Shown here one piece after another: positions 1 through 9,696 of a DNA stretch of 64,000 nt. How positions within the stretch are numbered: the first letter of the stretch is position 1; every line of letters starts with the position of its first letter. The position numbers and the translations under genes were made by a program. Under the pieces are notes generated by a model that searched no databases, was not told the DNA's origin, and saw only the letters and a program-made list of their open reading frames with translations. This DNA comes from Candidatus Latescibacterota bacterium (GTDB lineage: Bacteria > Latescibacterota > UBA2968 > GCA-2709665), in assembly GCA_965208835.1 (NCBI GenBank), contig OZ242358.1:4032001-4096000 (forward strand), given 5' to 3'.

Positions 1-629
1 TCCATTGCCTTTGGGCGACACTGGTCAAGCAGAGAACAGCCTCGGCACTTGGCCGCTTCGTATTCGGCTGGGGGTGTACGACCATGTGCAAAGAGCGCGG
101 CTACTTGCCCGACCGTCGTCTCGGTCAGGGTACGGAGCTCAGCCTCAAAAGACACTTCTCTCCGTCGTTTGGTTTGGTTGTAATAAAACGCTCCTATCGG
201 CACCTCTGTATCGGTCATTTCTTCAAGGCAAAGTGCCTGAGCGCATAGTTGCACTTCGTCGGCGCGATGCACTTTGGCCTTGCCGCGTTTAAACTCGACA
301 GGGAACGGGGTCGTCCCTGTCGGTCTTTCGTGGAACTCGACCATATCGGCGACGCCTGTAAGATTGAGTCGAGTACTGTAAATCGGAAGTGACATCACCT
401 GACGTACACCCGACTTTCGCCGATGCCCTGATTCGTCGATGATTTGATGTAGTACCCGACCTTCAGCGGTAAAGCGATTTTCCTCCCAAAGCCGTTCCAA
501 GTGAATCAGAGCGCATTGCCTCATACAGTACACCGCGTGTTGCAAAGCCGACACGGGTATCGACTCCATTCTATGTTCCGGTCCACGCCTCTGCGCCGGA
601 GGTACTCGTCCGGGCTGTTTTTCACTCAT
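1..629 (-). CDS. cas4: CRISPR-associated exonuclease Cas4 (3' end runs off the window)
   Basis: Not in the ORF track because its stop lies outside the window. Manual translation from ATG 629 (GGAG RBS; alternative ATG 569) gives ..IPVSALQHAVYCMRQCALIHLE..LTGVADMVEF..PVEFKRG..VQLCAQALCLEEM..KCRGCSLLDQCRP, i.e. the Cas4 Fe-S cysteines and RecB-like nuclease motifs. Directly downstream of cas7. Confidence 0.93.
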   Translation of the reverse strand, partial: MSEKQPGRVPPAQRRGPEHRMESIPVSALQHAVYCMRQCALIHLERLWEENRFTAEGRVLHQIIDESGHRRKSGVRQVMSLPIYSTRLNLTGVADMVEFHERPTGTTPFPVEFKRGKAKVHRADEVQLCAQALCLEEMTDTEVPIGAFYYNQTKRRREVSFEAELRTLTETTVGQVAALFAHGRTPPAEYEAAKCRGCSLLDQCRPKAM

Positions 630-676
630 CGTAATATCCACTCCGCATGTTTAATGCAATGTCCTACGCGGGGGGA

Positions 677-1619
677 CTAGGAAATCAACTCGATGGCCTC
701 GACATTTGCTGGCATATCTTCTAAGTCGAATTCCACGCTATAATCGGCAAAGCTGCGGGCGGGCCTAAGGGTACCTTCGCTACCGTTCTCTTCTGTGCGT
801 CGTACACTTACCCGCTCAAAGAGCTTATGTGCAGGCGCGTTACCCAAGGCGCTAGTGTGCTTAAAGGCGATGAGCTGACGGGCGACCATTTCGCCTCGGG
901 CGGCCGAGTGGTCGTGCTCAAACATCTGTGTCAAAGCACTCCAGAGGACATCGAGATCATCCGGCGAAAAGCCGGTGCGTTCGGCGAGCTTGGCGGAGAT
1001 AAAACCATGTGCTCGATACAGCCCGTAGGGCACAATGTGTTTGCGACCCATGGTACGATGCTCGGTCCGCTCGTCCCCGTCGTTTTCGCCGCTGGCCTTC
1101 TCGCGCTCCTCCTTTTCCTTTTCGTTGGTCGCTGCCATGCGCGTTATGGACATTTCGAGCGGTACGATCGGCTCAATGGACCGCGCAAAGGTCACTTGTA
1201 CTGGCCCACGTACTTGGCCACAGTTGATGCCGGTGCTCATTACCGCACCGAAGGTACGCACATCAAAAAAATTGTCGCACATGAAGCCGCGCAAGGCGTC
1301 CATCTCCTCGTCGCTTTGTGGGTTTAGTTTTTTTTGTGTTAACCTTTTCGTCGTCGGGGCGCACAACTTGATACGCCTTCCGGTGTTGCTCGTTGAGCAA
1401 AGCACCTTCTTGGACGTAGATCGCATAGCCGGACTCGTCGCCTTTAGCTAGTTCGACAAAGTTTCGCACCTTGCGCTTGAGGCAGACATCTGTGACCAAC
1501 CCTTGGTTCGTTTCAGGGTCGAGGCGCGGGAGGTTGCCTGCATCCGGGTCGCCGTTGGGATTGCCGTTGTTGACGTCGAACAGATAGACGAAGTCGTAGC
1601 GATGATTGAGTGCGGTCAT
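677..1619 (-). pseudogene. cas7: Type I-C Cas7/Csd2, frameshifted at A8 tract (1328-1335)
   Basis: N-terminal half ([53 protein letters not shown]) is in ORF 1263..1745; C-terminal half ([41 protein letters not shown]) is in ORF 677..1426. Removing one A from the tract joins them (..[14 protein letters not shown]..). May be a sequencing indel rather than a true pseudogene. Confidence 0.88.
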
Positions 1620-3400
1620 TCTTCGTTCTCCTTTTCTTCTTTTTTGGTGAAGAATACGTTTTTCTGGTGGTAGTAGCCGATGGCGAAGAACGCTTGACGC
1701 TCCATCGTCAGCGTTGACACAAACAGCTTCTCGGGTGTAGCGCATTCGTAAATTTGGGTGATGTCCCGGTCAAGGCGAATCTCTGCACCTCGACTGTTGG
1801 GGTCCTTCCGAAGTTTGGCCAAGTGGTTCATGGCGTTGCGTTGCAAGATGGGAAATACAGAACGCGGCGTCGCCGAAGCTGCCCCATAGTACTTATCGCG
1901 TATCGTGGCGTTAACATTGCCACCGAGAGCTTGCCTTTGCGCGTGCTCAAAGCAAGCAAAGAGCCGACCAAGCAAGTAGCCAGGATCGACGTTTGTAGGA
2001 TCGAGAGACACGAGATTATCCTCCTTTGTTGAGTGTATAGCCGTGCGCCGGTTGCGGCATACCACGGCTTTGAGTAAGGCTACGCGCAGGTCCGTTACGG
2101 CTTTGTCTGACCGCAGGCGCATGAGAATCGTAGATAACAAAGTCTGCGGATAGGTGCGACCCGTCAAGATGGCGCGCAACATCTCCCCAGCGAGTTGGGG
2201 AGGGATGTGTTCGTATGGGTTTTTCACCTTCGTTGTGGCGACCTCACGTAGACAGCGTCGAACGCTTGGCTGCTCGTGGCGTGGCGGCGGGTCAATACGC
2301 ATATCCCGATAGTGCCAGAGGATATGCTCTGCAATCGTCGCAAAGTCGTCCTCCAGCCAGAAGCGAGTCGAAATACGAGCTGCATTGGGGGCCAATCCCA
2401 GCACATGGAAGCGCACACCTTGGGGCAAATCCGGACTAATTTCTATTATGGGACGGCCCTTTGCCATTTTTTCGAGGATGGACTTGACGGCCTGATCGCT
2501 TATTTCATCGTCCGCGCCATTGGCATCATTGAGGAAGCAGGCAAATATAGCCTCGCTTTGTGCCGTTTCTTCCTCGTTCGATCCATCGGCCCAGAATACG
2601 GTCGAGGCGTCTCCGAGTTGGACTTTGTTTTCGTTGGTACGGAGAAAGTGGTTGAGGGACGTCGTATAGGCAGCGGCCGCATCTTCGCTCACAGGCGCAT
2701 TGTTGCCCTGTTTATGCTCATACGACTCAAAGGCGTCGAGATTGAAAGAGACGATGTTTGCGCCGGAAGACTGTGCGCCGCGTACCCCTTTAATTGAAGG
2801 GTGAGTCTGAGCGATGGGTGATTTCTTTCCGGTCACCAAGCAAACGGCTTGGTCTGTGTTACGACCCTGATTCATCTGCAAGGTCCAAAGCTGGCGTGCG
2901 GCCTCGCGATCATGAATAAAGTTGCGATCTCCATCTAGCCGGAAAACCACATTGGCTCCCTTCATTTCGTCTGGCCAGCCATGAGAATCGAAGTACTCTG
3001 GCTTCCACCATTGCAAGAAACGATAACAAGCCATAAGCCCTGCGTCGTTTTCGCCTTGCAGGGCATCGAGGTGCCGTTCCCGAAAAGCCTCTTGCTCTTT
3101 CTCCACCCTCTCCAAGGCTTTGCCACCTTCCGCAACGCCAAGCGCATAAGACGCCTTATCCCATAGAAAGTTCGGCACAACTTTGACTGTCCGCTTTTCC
3201 GGCCTCGGAACCGAGTGCCGTGGTGCCAACGGGTTCTTCCCTGAGTGATCTCGTAGGTCCACGGGCTTTCCCACGGGCTGACCGTCGGTTCCCAAGACGA
3301 CGCAATAGCCGACCCGCTCATCGGAATAGCCAAGCGCCGGCACTTTGTCTTCTTCTGAGAGAAGGTGATAGGCCCGCTCAAGAGAAGCTAAAATGCTCAT
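1616..3400 (-). CDS. cas8c: Type I-C Cas8c/Csd1 large subunit
   Basis: [53 protein letters not shown] and FAIGYYHQ motifs; ATGA overlaps with cas5 and cas7. Confidence 0.95.
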   Translation of the reverse strand: MSILASLERAYHLLSEEDKVPALGYSDERVGYCVVLGTDGQPVGKPVDLRDHSGKNPLAPRHSVPRPEKRTVKVVPNFLWDKASYALGVAEGGKALERVEKEQEAFRERHLDALQGENDAGLMACYRFLQWWKPEYFDSHGWPDEMKGANVVFRLDGDRNFIHDREAARQLWTLQMNQGRNTDQAVCLVTGKKSPIAQTHPSIKGVRGAQSSGANIVSFNLDAFESYEHKQGNNAPVSEDAAAAYTTSLNHFLRTNENKVQLGDASTVFWADGSNEEETAQSEAIFACFLNDANGADDEISDQAVKSILEKMAKGRPIIEISPDLPQGVRFHVLGLAPNAARISTRFWLEDDFATIAEHILWHYRDMRIDPPPRHEQPSVRRCLREVATTKVKNPYEHIPPQLAGEMLRAILTGRTYPQTLLSTILMRLRSDKAVTDLRVALLKAVVCRNRRTAIHSTKEDNLVSLDPTNVDPGYLLGRLFACFEHAQRQALGGNVNATIRDKYYGAASATPRSVFPILQRNAMNHLAKLRKDPNSRGAEIRLDRDITQIYECATPEKLFVSTLTMERQAFFAIGYYHQKNVFFTKKEEKENEE

Positions 3401-4056
3401 CGCCTCACCTCTGGTGAATTAGGTGAAGGAACTTCGACCACGCCCCGTTTCAATTCGGCGCGAAAGAAAACAGGCTGTCGCTCGTTTGCGTGGTCAATAT
3501 CGTAGAGCATCCAGCCCAAGTCGCGGTTTTCTTCGATTGCAGGCGGCAGGTCGTCGCTCTCAATGAGAGTGTAGTCTGCGGCGAATTCTCGCGTTCCGAG
3601 ACAGGGCTGGTGAAAGCACTGCCCGTTCCTGGCGCGGCGATTGAAGATGTCGAGATGTTTGCCCACGTTATCGCTTTCACTCGCTTCGTCCGATAGGTCA
3701 AAGTGCGCTTCAATGGCGTAATCGACATTGACCAAGACGGTGGCGGCGCGTTGCTGGCGATCATCCTCAACCCTGGTGTAGAGGGTCTCAATGGATCCCC
3801 GGTTTCTTGCCGTGCGGACGGATCCCGTGGGAATTTTCTTACCGACTTCGTTGCGCCGGATCGACTGAAACTGAATCCGCTTGAGGACGTGAATGCGGTC
3901 AATGCGCCAGACGATAGCCGGTTTCCAGTGAATGGCCTCCAGGATGCCGCGTGCCGCCGAAGGTGTCATTACGTCGTAGGACACGCGTTCGACCTTCATT
4001 TCCGGCCGGGTGAAACAGGCGTACTTGCCCTCTACGCGCAGACGTACTCCAAACAT
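3397..4056 (-). CDS. cas5: Type I-C Cas5c/Cas5d
   Basis: ACFTRPEMKVERVSYDVMTPSAARGILEAIHWKP..IRRNE..QPCLGTREF..DLGWMLYD; GGAG RBS. Confidence 0.96.
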   Translation of the reverse strand: MFGVRLRVEGKYACFTRPEMKVERVSYDVMTPSAARGILEAIHWKPAIVWRIDRIHVLKRIQFQSIRRNEVGKKIPTGSVRTARNRGSIETLYTRVEDDRQQRAATVLVNVDYAIEAHFDLSDEASESDNVGKHLDIFNRRARNGQCFHQPCLGTREFAADYTLIESDDLPPAIEENRDLGWMLYDIDHANERQPVFFRAELKRGVVEVPSPNSPEVRR

Positions 4057-4121
4057 GGAGGAACTCCTTTAATGTGGCTTTGTAGTGTTTCAATGCCTCC
4101 CGCCGGTAGGCCACTTTCCAA

Positions 4122-6350
4122 TTATACCAGCATCACCTCATCGCCGAGCAAATCGAAATCTTCCCAAAGTAGGCCGACATCATCTTGATAGAGGCTGTTG
4201 GTGAAGAGAACTGTGAATTGATCACCGAAGCGTTCTGACTCCGCAGAGAATACGTGATTATTTGTGACGAGTTGCTCTCGGAAACGAGGGTAAACTTGCA
4301 CAACGTAGGGCTGGACCCGCCGTGCTATGCCGCTGGGCCGTTCGGTATATGCGAGTTCGCGCAAAGCCTTATGTGCCTCTTCTTCTCGATCAATGATCAC
4401 CGGCAAGAACCCGCTCTGGATCAGGCGAAAGCTCTCGCCAACCTCGCGGAAGGAGAAAGAAGTGCCGTGCTTACTCATCTTAAACTTTCGCAAGAAATCA
4501 TCGCCAAGGCCCTCTCCTTTGCGCCAGTACACCTCTTGGCAGTAGTCTTCCATAGCCTCCGGCGACAGCAGGTGGTCGTGGTGATCCCTGATGCGTTCCA
4601 TATCTCCGGCGAGTTGGCTCAACTCAGCCGGAGTGGAATGTTCCGCTGGTTGGAACACAGTAACAATGCTGTCCGCAACATCTCGTCGTCCCTCCCTATT
4701 GCAGCGTCCAGCAGCTTGGGCAATCGAATCAAGCCCTGCCTCGGCCCGCCAAACCCTCGGAAAATCCAGATCAACACCCGCCTCAACCAGCGAGGTAGCA
4801 ATCAATCGGCATGGCGTTCCTGCCTTTAACCGCTGGCGCACATCCGCAAGAATGCGGCGGCGATGCGCTGCGTACTGCCGCGTACTCAGATGCACGACGC
4901 CATCAATGTCTGCTTCACAGGCTTGCCAATAGAGGTCTAGAGCGTGTTTCCGACTGTTGACAATAATCAGGCCTTGCGACGTTTGCGCGAGGGCATCGCA
5001 TAGGCTATCGTCGGTGAGTATGCCTTCGTTGGTGATAGTGACGCGAGCGAGCTTCTGGTGCAAGAGCGGCGGATTGGGCGCGAGTTCGCGTACTTGGATG
5101 AAGCCCCCTTTGAAATCAGGCGCCTTGAGTGCCGGTTGGGTCGCGGTGCAGAGTACGATGGATGAGCCATAGTTGCGAGCAAGTTCGTCAAGGACAGCAA
5201 CCGCTGGCCGCAGCACATGCAGGGGGATCGTCTGCGCTTCGTCGAGGACAATGACCGCACGAGCCACGTTGTGCAGCTTGCGGCACCGCGATGGGCGATG
5301 GGAGAACAAGCTTTCAAAGAGCTGGACGTTAGTAGTCACGACGATGGGAGCTGCCCAGTCGTCCATGGCGAGCCTTAATTTATCGGAACCCTCCCGTTTT
5401 GTGGTCTTCGTTTCGTCAATCGCCGAATGGTGTTCGAGGACGACACCCTCCCCCAGCACATCCCGAAAAATCTCCACAGTCTGATCAATCACGGAAGTAA
5501 AGGGAATCGCATAGACGATGCGCTCAAGCCCATGTGTTTTGGCATGGTCGAGAGCAAACGCGAGGGAAGTCAAAGTCTTGCCTCCACCGGTCGGTACATT
5601 GAGCGAGAACAGGCCCGGAGAGCAATCCGCTTGAGTCCGAACATGCTCCAGAATTTCGCGGCGCATGCGGTTGACCTTGCCTTCACTGGCAAGTCCGTTG
5701 AAGTGACTATTGAGTCTATTGCGTAGATGAGCGACTATTTCGGAAAGCACTGGCCAGTCGCGGTCAATGATCTCGCCCTTTGCATCAGCGTAAAAGCGCT
5801 CGGTGTCGCGGAAATCTCCGTCAACAAGGCACGAGAAGATCATCCGCGTCAGGAAGGAAAGCTGAAACGCCGTCGTCTCGAGTTTTTTCGTTAATGTGAA
5901 CCCTTTAAGCCAAAGACCGGTAGCATCGGGCCGAATCTCCAACTCCCAAGCCGAGTCAAGTGGGTCGAGCGTTTTTCTCAGCCGTTCATAAAGCGAACCA
6001 GTTTCACGGCGCATGTCCGGCAGGCCCCCATGATGCCCAGCGATGGCATAGGCAATCAGTTCCGCCATTGCCTTGTCCTTATCTGATTCTGTCAAGTTCC
6101 TGACCATTTTTGCGCCAGCGGTCGCGTGATCAACCGCTGGTCCGCCGTGCAAGCGCTTCTGGTACGGTTTCGTGTACTTGCCAACATCATGTAGAAGCCC
6201 AGTCAATCCCGCAGCTTTGCCAGCACCAAACTTGGCTCCCCGTACTGCCGCCTCATCTTGGACACTTAGCAGGTGCTCTCGTAGCGGCTGCCAATATTCC
6301 GTGGACCGATCTTCTAGCGAATGTGCGTAAAAGATCCCGTGCCTCCACAT
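4122..6350 (-). CDS. cas3: CRISPR-associated helicase/nuclease Cas3 (HD + SF2 helicase)
   Basis: YAHS..LREHL..LHDVGK..HH HD domain, PTGGGKT Walker A, DEAQ, TAT, QAAGRCNREG. Start placed at ATG 6350; the ORF-track extension to 6500 crosses non-coding-like sequence. Confidence 0.95.
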   Translation of the reverse strand: MWRHGIFYAHSLEDRSTEYWQPLREHLLSVQDEAAVRGAKFGAGKAAGLTGLLHDVGKYTKPYQKRLHGGPAVDHATAGAKMVRNLTESDKDKAMAELIAYAIAGHHGGLPDMRRETGSLYERLRKTLDPLDSAWELEIRPDATGLWLKGFTLTKKLETTAFQLSFLTRMIFSCLVDGDFRDTERFYADAKGEIIDRDWPVLSEIVAHLRNRLNSHFNGLASEGKVNRMRREILEHVRTQADCSPGLFSLNVPTGGGKTLTSLAFALDHAKTHGLERIVYAIPFTSVIDQTVEIFRDVLGEGVVLEHHSAIDETKTTKREGSDKLRLAMDDWAAPIVVTTNVQLFESLFSHRPSRCRKLHNVARAVIVLDEAQTIPLHVLRPAVAVLDELARNYGSSIVLCTATQPALKAPDFKGGFIQVRELAPNPPLLHQKLARVTITNEGILTDDSLCDALAQTSQGLIIVNSRKHALDLYWQACEADIDGVVHLSTRQYAAHRRRILADVRQRLKAGTPCRLIATSLVEAGVDLDFPRVWRAEAGLDSIAQAAGRCNREGRRDVADSIVTVFQPAEHSTPAELSQLAGDMERIRDHHDHLLSPEAMEDYCQEVYWRKGEGLGDDFLRKFKMSKHGTSFSFREVGESFRLIQSGFLPVIIDREEEAHKALRELAYTERPSGIARRVQPYVVQVYPRFREQLVTNNHVFSAESERFGDQFTVLFTNSLYQDDVGLLWEDFDLLGDEVMLV

Positions 6351-6395
6351 TTTAAGGATTCGGCTGCCATTCCGGCGCCAAGCCTTGTCATTCGG

Positions 6396-6412
6396 CGTCG
6401 CAAAATGCGACG
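6396..6412. promoter_or_regulatory. Palindrome CGTCGCA-AAA-TGCGACG upstream of cas3 (candidate WYL operator)
   Basis: Perfect 7-bp inverted repeat about 45 bp upstream of the cas3 ATG; same motif recurs at 6493, 7382, 7484, 8652, 9711 and 61736. Confidence 0.55.
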
Positions 6413-6429
6413 TCGGCAATCTTGCAACG

Positions 6430-7206
6430 TCAACGCAGTGACATTGCAAGATCAGAATCTGCTCGTCGCAGGCAGGTGTCATCGGTCCTAAGTGTCTCAA
6501 AATGCGACAGCGATGCGAGAATGGCCGCGGGATCGTCCATTTTCCATCTCCGTGTGACTTCTCGCCTGCACCTCACCGCCGAATTCATATCCGCGGCTGT
6601 TTCCTGTTCCAGTTCCTCCGGCCGAAATCTTCCGAACCGCCGGGATTGCTGCGGCGACTCTCGTATGGAATTGGCTTTCCTGACGGCATTCCTGGCTGCA
6701 CACTTGGCCTCCCCAACGGCATCCCTGACCGCTCTTCTGGCGATCCTCTCCGCTTTGTAGGCTGCTTCGCTTTCCATCTTGGCGTCTTCATACCTCTGCA
6801 GGACTGTCTGATAGTTCTCCCAGGCCGCGATGTCTCTCTCCCGGCCCGTTTCGAATATCGCTCGGGCAACCTTCGCGGCTGCGTTTCTGGCAGCGCTTTC
6901 CGCCTTCATTGAAGCATTGTGTTTCATTCTGGCATCTTCATATGTCTGCACGGCAAACCGGTAGTTCTCCCCGGCCGCCGCAACGTGTCCTTCCCGGTCC
7001 GCTTCGTAAATCGCCCGGGTGCGTTTGAAGATCACCCAGGCGTCAGTCTTTTCCCGGCGCCGTTGTTCGTAAAGGGCGACAATCCATGCGGCTTCCCACA
7101 CGTCGAGTTCGGCTCCGGCCGCTTGATGCTCTGTACTTTCGATTGCGACGACGCCGATTGCAAGCGTGGAGATGGCCAAGACAACGTATCGGGTTGTGCT
7201 CATCAT
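6430..7206 (-). CDS. Hypothetical exported/membrane-anchored helical protein with internal repeat
   Basis: N-terminal hydrophobic segment (YVVLAISTLAIGVVAI); Ala/Arg/Glu-rich body with two ~50-aa repeats (AIYEADRE..ENY..YEDARM / AIFETGRE..ENY..YEDAKM). Confidence 0.55.
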   Translation of the reverse strand: MMSTTRYVVLAISTLAIGVVAIESTEHQAAGAELDVWEAAWIVALYEQRRREKTDAWVIFKRTRAIYEADREGHVAAAGENYRFAVQTYEDARMKHNASMKAESAARNAAAKVARAIFETGRERDIAAWENYQTVLQRYEDAKMESEAAYKAERIARRAVRDAVGEAKCAARNAVRKANSIRESPQQSRRFGRFRPEELEQETAADMNSAVRCRREVTRRWKMDDPAAILASLSHFETLRTDDTCLRRADSDLAMSLR

Positions 7207-7308
7207 AGGTTTTTCACCTGGCTGTGGTTTTGTGGCGTGTTTTCGGGCCGAGGATCGCGCCGGGTGCGATCCTTGGTGTCAAACCTGTGTCGGGAATCCA
7301 CCGTAAAT

Positions 7309-7400
7309 GCGGGCAACCACAAGGGTTGCCCCTACAAATGCAAACGCGGCGTTACGAGGGCAGCATGCCCTCGGTCCCGGGTGTTGTAAAACGCGACAGT
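7309..7400 (+). repeat. Composite ~90-bp repeat, copy 1 (GTAG-type REP + GAGGGCA-hairpin + TGCGACA motif)
   Basis: Near-identical to 8579-8670. Confidence 0.8.
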
Positions 7401-7467
7401 CGCCCACATAAGTGCATGATACGGAATATTTGTTGAACTTGCGTTGAATTCTTAAGCCTATTCGTTG

Positions 7468-7500
7468 ATTTTATGGTGAAATACGTCGCATTTTGCGTCA
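7468..7500 (-). promoter_or_regulatory. Candidate activator-dependent promoter: TGACGCA-AAA-TGCGACG-N10-TAAAAT
   Basis: Motif at 7484-7500 followed 10 nt downstream on the minus strand by a -10-like TAAAAT (7473-7468), pointing at the hypothetical gene and cas operon. Confidence 0.5.
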
Positions 7501-7697
7501 GAGAGGCCACAACGATGCGACGGTAGCTGGATTTCACAGCCGTCTATCGAAATTGCGTTCAGACAATCAACGGGAAGTCAACCGGCGGTGCATGGGGACG
7601 GAAGGATTGCAGCGCCTGAAAAATCCCTTTGCAACGGCAAGACGTCAGACGAGGTAAGAGGGCCGCCTGCAGCCCAAACCTGGGTTTGGCGCCACAC

Positions 7698-7720
7698 GGG
7701 CGACCGGCCGGTCGCCCCTA
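7698..7720. repeat. GTAG-family REP palindrome
   Basis: GGGCGACCGGCCGGTCGCCCCTAC; further copies at 8451, 10143 and 11861. Confidence 0.8.
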
Positions 7721-7834
7721 CGGAGCCTAGGCGTGGAAACGTGTACAGAAATCGCCAATGACCGTACAACCAAAAACATAAAGCCTTTCCGTTTACGTCA
7801 GCGCGGAGACCTGGCAGGAACTGAAACGACGGTT

Positions 7835-7925
7835 CGAGGGCAGGATGCCCTCGGTCCCGGGAGGAATAAAGCAGCTGACAGCTATTGGTGTACAGCCGTC
7901 AGCCAGGAACAAGAAGCAACAAGCC
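7835..7925 (+). repeat. Composite repeat (GAGGGCAGGATGCCCTC hairpin + CAGCnnT heptamers), copy 1
   Basis: Matches 9829-9910; the heptamer block also occurs at 9740-9766. Confidence 0.7.
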
Positions 7926-8248
7926 CGCCCGACCATCCCCGGCCACCGGCAAAACGCAAGGCGTTGGGGTGCCCGCGTACAGGGCTCCCGATAGTAACCT
8001 CAATCGTATCAAAACAGTTGCTTTTCGCCGGGAAGTTGTCTATATCTTGCTAGGCGCCGTGACGGACCGGCGCCCGGGTGACGAGACCGCATTGTGCCCG
8101 TTCGGACCGCACGGGTGCCCTGTTTAGACGGCGCCCTTCGACCGATCCAAGACAAACCGGAGCATATTCCCCGCATCCACGACGTTATCGAGGGCAGGTT
8201 GGAATCCAGATACCGCCTGATGCGTTAATATTTGCAAGGGAGTTTTCA

Positions 8249-8449
8249 ATGCTTAACACTACCTTTGGGATTGTGAAAGATGGCAGAATCGAAACTCTGG
8301 AACGCATCCCGTTGCCCGAAGGAAAGAGAGTATTGGTAACGATCTTGCCCGATGACGATGCGTTCTGGCGTGAAGCCAGCGGGGAATCCCTGGAGCAGAT
8401 TTGGAACAATGATGAGGACGATGTTTATGTCCGATTAATCGACCAATGA
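8249..8449 (+). CDS. Small DUF104/AF2212-like antitoxin-family protein (no adjacent toxin)
   Basis: MLNTTFGIVKDGRIETLERIPLPEGKRVLVTIL..FWREASGESLEQIWNNDEDDVY; GGGAG RBS. The N-terminal beta motif and acidic W..EDD.Y tail resemble antitoxins usually paired with PemK/MazF or PIN toxins. Confidence 0.65.
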   Translation: MLNTTFGIVKDGRIETLERIPLPEGKRVLVTILPDDDAFWREASGESLEQIWNNDEDDVYVRLIDQ

Positions 8450-8450
8450 A

Positions 8451-8478
8451 GTAGGGGCGACCGGCCGGTCGCCCCTAC
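8451..8478. repeat. GTAG-family REP palindrome
   Basis: GTAGGGGCGACCGGCCGGTCGCCCCTAC perfect palindrome just after the antitoxin stop. Confidence 0.85.
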
Positions 8479-8578
8479 ACGAAAACAAGAAGGAATCGGT
8501 AAGGTGGAAGCGGCAAGAGACGAACACCGTTAAGTGACAGGGATCGTCGAAGACGCCCTTCCATATATGCGCCTTTAC

Positions 8579-8670
8579 GCGGGAAACCACAAGGGTTGCC
8601 CCTCCAAATGCAAACGCGGCGCATCGAGGGCAGGATGCCCTCGGCCCGGGATGTTGCGAAATGCGACAGT
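8579..8670 (+). repeat. Composite ~90-bp repeat, copy 2
   Basis: Near-identical to 7309-7400. Confidence 0.8.
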
Positions 8671-8701
8671 GATCCGAAAGTAGGCGTGGACATCGCACAT
8701 T

Positions 8702-9679
8702 TCACACCCCGGCGCCGCTCTTCCCATACATCTCCCCCGCCGCGATCATATCCTCTGCGATCTCCTGTCTCAGTTCTTCCGGCGCGAGGACCTCGCACTC
8801 CGGCCCCCAGCTTCGAATCCAGGGTTTCATCTCGAGCGTGTGTTTCACCCTGAGCCGCATCCTGCACCCGCCGTCCGGCTCGTCCGTCACGTCCACCACG
8901 CCCGGCCAGTCCGATTCACGCACGCGGTACGCGACCTTCCCTGAAAACCGAAGTACGACGTCCACGACTTCGTCGCCGCCCATGATGCCCCACGAGTGCT
9001 CGAGGAATTCGTACGGATCGAATCCATCCCTCGTCTTGAATTTCGTCTCCAGCAGCGTCGCCCGTTCAATTCGCTCCACTTTGAACTCTCGGATGTCCAG
9101 CCGCAAATGGTCATATCCGATGACGTAGCAGGCGTATCCCACGGGCGACGGCTCGATGAAGTACGGATCTACCGTACGATCTGTGGTTTCGCCAGTCTGC
9201 GGATTGTGGTAGATCATCCGAACCTGCCTGCGTTCGGACCATGCGTGCGTGAGCGTCTCCAGAACGCGCAAATGGTCGCGATCCGGCCTGCGCCTGTCGG
9301 CGACCGCGGCCGTTCGATTGATGTGTTCGCCGATGGACTCCGGCATTGCGCTCGCGAGCTTTTCGAGTGCAGACACGACGTGCGGATTGTGTTCGTCGCT
9401 GTGCGCGGAGAGCAGGCGCGCGGCCAGGTAGAGCGCCAGGGCTTCGTGCAGATTGACCCGTACGGTGGTCAGATATCGTTCCTTCAGCACACCGAACCGC
9501 CCGTCATCCTCCCATATCGGCGACCCCGATTCGCCCAGCGACTGAATGTCCCGGTACACCGTACTTCGGTGTACGTCGAATCGCGAAGCAATTTCCGTCG
9601 CCTTCCTGCCGCCTGACGATTGGTAGAGATAGGTCTCGATCGCCTTGAGGCGTTCAGCGCGGGTCATTGTTCGTTCCAT
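8702..9679 (-). CDS. WYL-domain transcriptional regulator (HTH-WYL-WCX, PafB/PafC-like)
   Basis: N-terminal HTH (EIASRFDVHRSTVYRDIQSL), WYL core (RTVDPYFI..YVIGYD..REFKVERI), WCX (WIRSWGPECEVLAPEELR); GGAGG RBS. Confidence 0.92.
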   Translation of the reverse strand: MERTMTRAERLKAIETYLYQSSGGRKATEIASRFDVHRSTVYRDIQSLGESGSPIWEDDGRFGVLKERYLTTVRVNLHEALALYLAARLLSAHSDEHNPHVVSALEKLASAMPESIGEHINRTAAVADRRRPDRDHLRVLETLTHAWSERRQVRMIYHNPQTGETTDRTVDPYFIEPSPVGYACYVIGYDHLRLDIREFKVERIERATLLETKFKTRDGFDPYEFLEHSWGIMGGDEVVDVVLRFSGKVAYRVRESDWPGVVDVTDEPDGGCRMRLRVKHTLEMKPWIRSWGPECEVLAPEELRQEIAEDMIAAGEMYGKSGAGV

Positions 9680-9696
9680 CAGGAATCCTCCACCGG

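Noticed and set aside
5-292. 95-aa plus-strand ORF
   Set aside because: Antisense shadow of cas4.
6351-6500. N-terminal extension of the Cas3 ORF
   Set aside because: No Cas3-like sequence; overlaps the palindrome and the end of the upstream ORF.
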